Shown here piece by piece: positions 61,665-64,000 of a DNA stretch of 64,000 bases. Numbering within the stretch: position 1 is the stretch's first letter; each line of letters opens with the position of its first letter. The DNA comes from Lophium mytilinum. Lineage: Eukaryota. The stretch lies in contig MU004190.1 in NCBI GenBank assembly GCA_010093605.1, forward strand, positions 62,001-126,000, read 5' to 3'. The translations under genes were made by a program, and so were the position numbers. Below the pieces are notes generated by a model that was not told where the DNA came from, did no database searches, and was given only the letters and a program-made list of their open reading frames with translations.

Positions 61665-63062
61665 TCATAACCCCTCGTCCTCGTCATCCCATTTCATCTC
61701 CTGCTCCTGTTCCTGCAATCGCACAGCCATTCCATCGCATATTCGTCCACAAAGCTTTTCGAATCCGGGGAAAAGGCGGTCCCGCAGCGCTGGAAACGTG
61801 GAGAAAAGGGAAAGAAGCTCCCTGAGTCTCCCGGAGACGGCTTGTTGCAGCGTGATCGAGAAGTGGGACGGACTGCAAGTCACCCCCTCTGCTGGCGGAA
61901 GGATCGAGTTGAAGACTTGCTCCATGACTGTCACCTCGGAGCAGAAGATGGGGTTGAGGCGGCGCTCAGAGTAGGTAGAGGCCTCCTCTTTAACCTTGAA
62001 CTCGTGGTACCAGTCTTCTAGGACGGCGCACTTTATCGTCACTGGTTGGTCATAAGGTCCGAAGACTGGCGGAGGTGTGATAGTACGCGGAGTCGGCGGC
62101 CGAATCGCTTTTCGGCAAGCTGGGCAAGGCTTTGGTGGGCTGGTCGACTCGACCCATCTCTTGATGCAGTTTCGGCAGAAGACATGGTTACACTCGAGCC
62201 GAGCAGCTCTTTTAGGGCCCTTGTACGTAAATTGCTCGAGGCAGATCAGACAGCGCGTGTCCTCTTCGGAGTCGCCCAGTTCGTCGCGCCATGCATCAGT
62301 TAGCCGCGAATCAATTGGAGGGGTTTTCCACTTCTTCAACCCGTTGTAGCTGTCCAGTCTCCCGATTCTTCCCATAGCAAGCTGGACGGAGTGGTACGCT
62401 CGGTCAGTCTTTGCAAGTCGCAAAGTCTCCATTCGATCCCACCATACCTTGAGGGGCTGTTGCTGACGCTCTGCCTGTCGTTTCAGACGTGCGCCCAACT
62501 CCATCCATTTGAGAAGGGTCATCGAGTAGTCTTCCGACTCGCGGATGGGGAAGAGGCCTCCATTGGGGATGTCTATTTCAGTATTTCGGGATACGAAGAA
62601 CTGGAAATAGCCAGTCACTAGGCCAAGTGTTGTCCTCCCCGCGTATTTGCTCACCCGATCCATATCATGCTCCAGCCGCTCCGCAGCATGGCAGACTTGT
62701 CCGCCAGAAGCCTGTTCGTTTTCATATATGTACTGCGCCGTTCTTTCTTGTCCGATGATATCGCTTGACACAGGGTCTGCTGCTGCTTCGGTGATTGAAA
62801 AGTACATGCAGTCTTCCGACCTCCATGGGGGTGGTGCAGGATCTGGTTCCATTCTGTTCTCTTGGTTGTCTGGTCGGAAAAGTCGCAATATAAAAGGTTC
62901 GTCTTGAGAATGGTCGTAGATCGATCTGCATTTCTCGAGTAGTGCGTGGTCCGGGCAGAGATATTGGGTGAAATGGTGCGGTCTCCATCGCTCCCCGTTG
63001 TCCTGAAAGCGGTGTTGGCCGAATGAGCTGTTGAGATCTCGCGGTTGTACGTCGTTTGACAT
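61665..63062 (-). CDS. RING-finger (C3HC4) domain protein, intronless
   Basis: CLIC..LECNHVFCRNC..W..CPACR. Confidence 0.85.
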   Translation of the reverse strand: MSNDVQPRDLNSSFGQHRFQDNGERWRPHHFTQYLCPDHALLEKCRSIYDHSQDEPFILRLFRPDNQENRMEPDPAPPPWRSEDCMYFSITEAAADPVSSDIIGQERTAQYIYENEQASGGQVCHAAERLEHDMDRVSKYAGRTTLGLVTGYFQFFVSRNTEIDIPNGGLFPIRESEDYSMTLLKWMELGARLKRQAERQQQPLKVWWDRMETLRLAKTDRAYHSVQLAMGRIGRLDSYNGLKKWKTPPIDSRLTDAWRDELGDSEEDTRCLICLEQFTYKGPKRAARLECNHVFCRNCIKRWVESTSPPKPCPACRKAIRPPTPRTITPPPVFGPYDQPVTIKCAVLEDWYHEFKVKEEASTYSERRLNPIFCSEVTVMEQVFNSILPPAEGVTCSPSHFSITLQQAVSGRLRELLSLFSTFPALRDRLFPGFEKLCGRICDGMAVRLQEQEQEMKWDDEDEGL

Positions 63063-64000
63063 TTCGGATATCTTTATTTTCAAGGGTAATTGCTTTAGCG
63101 GGCGTAGCTGTGGACGCTTGACGTCAAGCTTGCCCGTGGGACGTATTTGTCGTCGTAGTCTAAATTAAAATGGACGCACTGAGACTGAGTTAAGCGCTCG
63201 CTTTCAGGAAGCAGGCAAGGATCTTCGCTAGCTGTTTTCAAAGCTATCGCAAACCTAGGGTATTTTATAGCGTGGGGTCAACGACATTGTTCAAGGTGAA
63301 GCCATCGTCGGGTTAGCCAGCAAGGGAAACGGCCGAGTATTCTAGAGGAGTCCGCGCGAGAAACATCCACTGACTTCCACCGTCTACAGGGACAGAAGGA
63401 GATGTAGGAGCTTGCTACCTAAGTAAAGCCACGAAGCTGATGTGGTGTTGTTGCCTGCAGGTGTGAGCCTAGTGGCGGACGGCAAGACGCTGCTTTAACG
63501 GACTTAACGCTAGTTCTAATCGGCTACTAGCGCTGATGACACTCCTCAGTCCGCGACCTCCAGACCTCAGCGACCTCATCCCATTTCCCCCATCTCGTCC
63601 TCCTGCTCTTATGCTCGTCCGGACAGTCTCACTGTGGTAATGAGGCCAAGCATGTTCGACCAAATCTACATATTCAAAGACCAAACTGATGAACCAGCTT
63701 GTCCGAAACCCTCACATTGTTTGTGAGCGATATGGCTTAAAATATCGTGCTCAGCCCGTGATGGAGACAGTTTCATGGCTCGATAGAACCTCCACGTCTG
63801 AGAGTTTACCGCTCTCTTCAGCTTCTGATCAAGGAAGTACCACAACTATAGACAGCGCACCAGGATCTCGTCATTTTTTAGGAAGCTTATGTGCCTAGTA
63901 TGTCCTTCCGCCTCTCTGAACAGGCGTCCGGTTGCCTTCGCCTTTGACTATTCAGGAATGACTTCTGTATATGTTCTTGAATCTTCTCGCAACCTAATAA

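Noticed and set aside
63469..64000. Short ORFs at the right edge
   Set aside because: No motifs; cannot build a gene model within the window

Overview
Intron-containing DNA from a filamentous ascomycete fungus (GT-AG introns with CTRAC branch sites). The first ~25.5 kb is a dense run of 14 oxidoreductase, catabolic and tailoring genes: 3 SDRs, a P450, 3 BVMO/FMO flavoproteins, a TauD-like dioxygenase, an HpcH aldolase, a sugar-porter MFS, a double-CMD protein, an AttH/CrtC-like barrel protein, a double-ABM protein and a cyclase/formamidase. The run is truncated at the left edge and no PKS, NRPS or terpene backbone gene is visible. The rest is a mix of housekeeping and accessory genes: hexose-6-P epimerase, IKS1 kinase, HeLo-like+ankyrin gene, a RIP-like relic, butanediol dehydrogenase, Zn2Cys6 TF, 2OG oxygenase, P450, LaeA-like methyltransferase, a divergent ribosomal P1, an RGG protein, a PGM-like phosphatase, an ARS2-zinc-finger/F-box-like chimera, a RING protein and a 240-bp MITE with a 5-bp TSD. 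All calls are by eye from motifs; no searches were run and exon boundaries are approximate.
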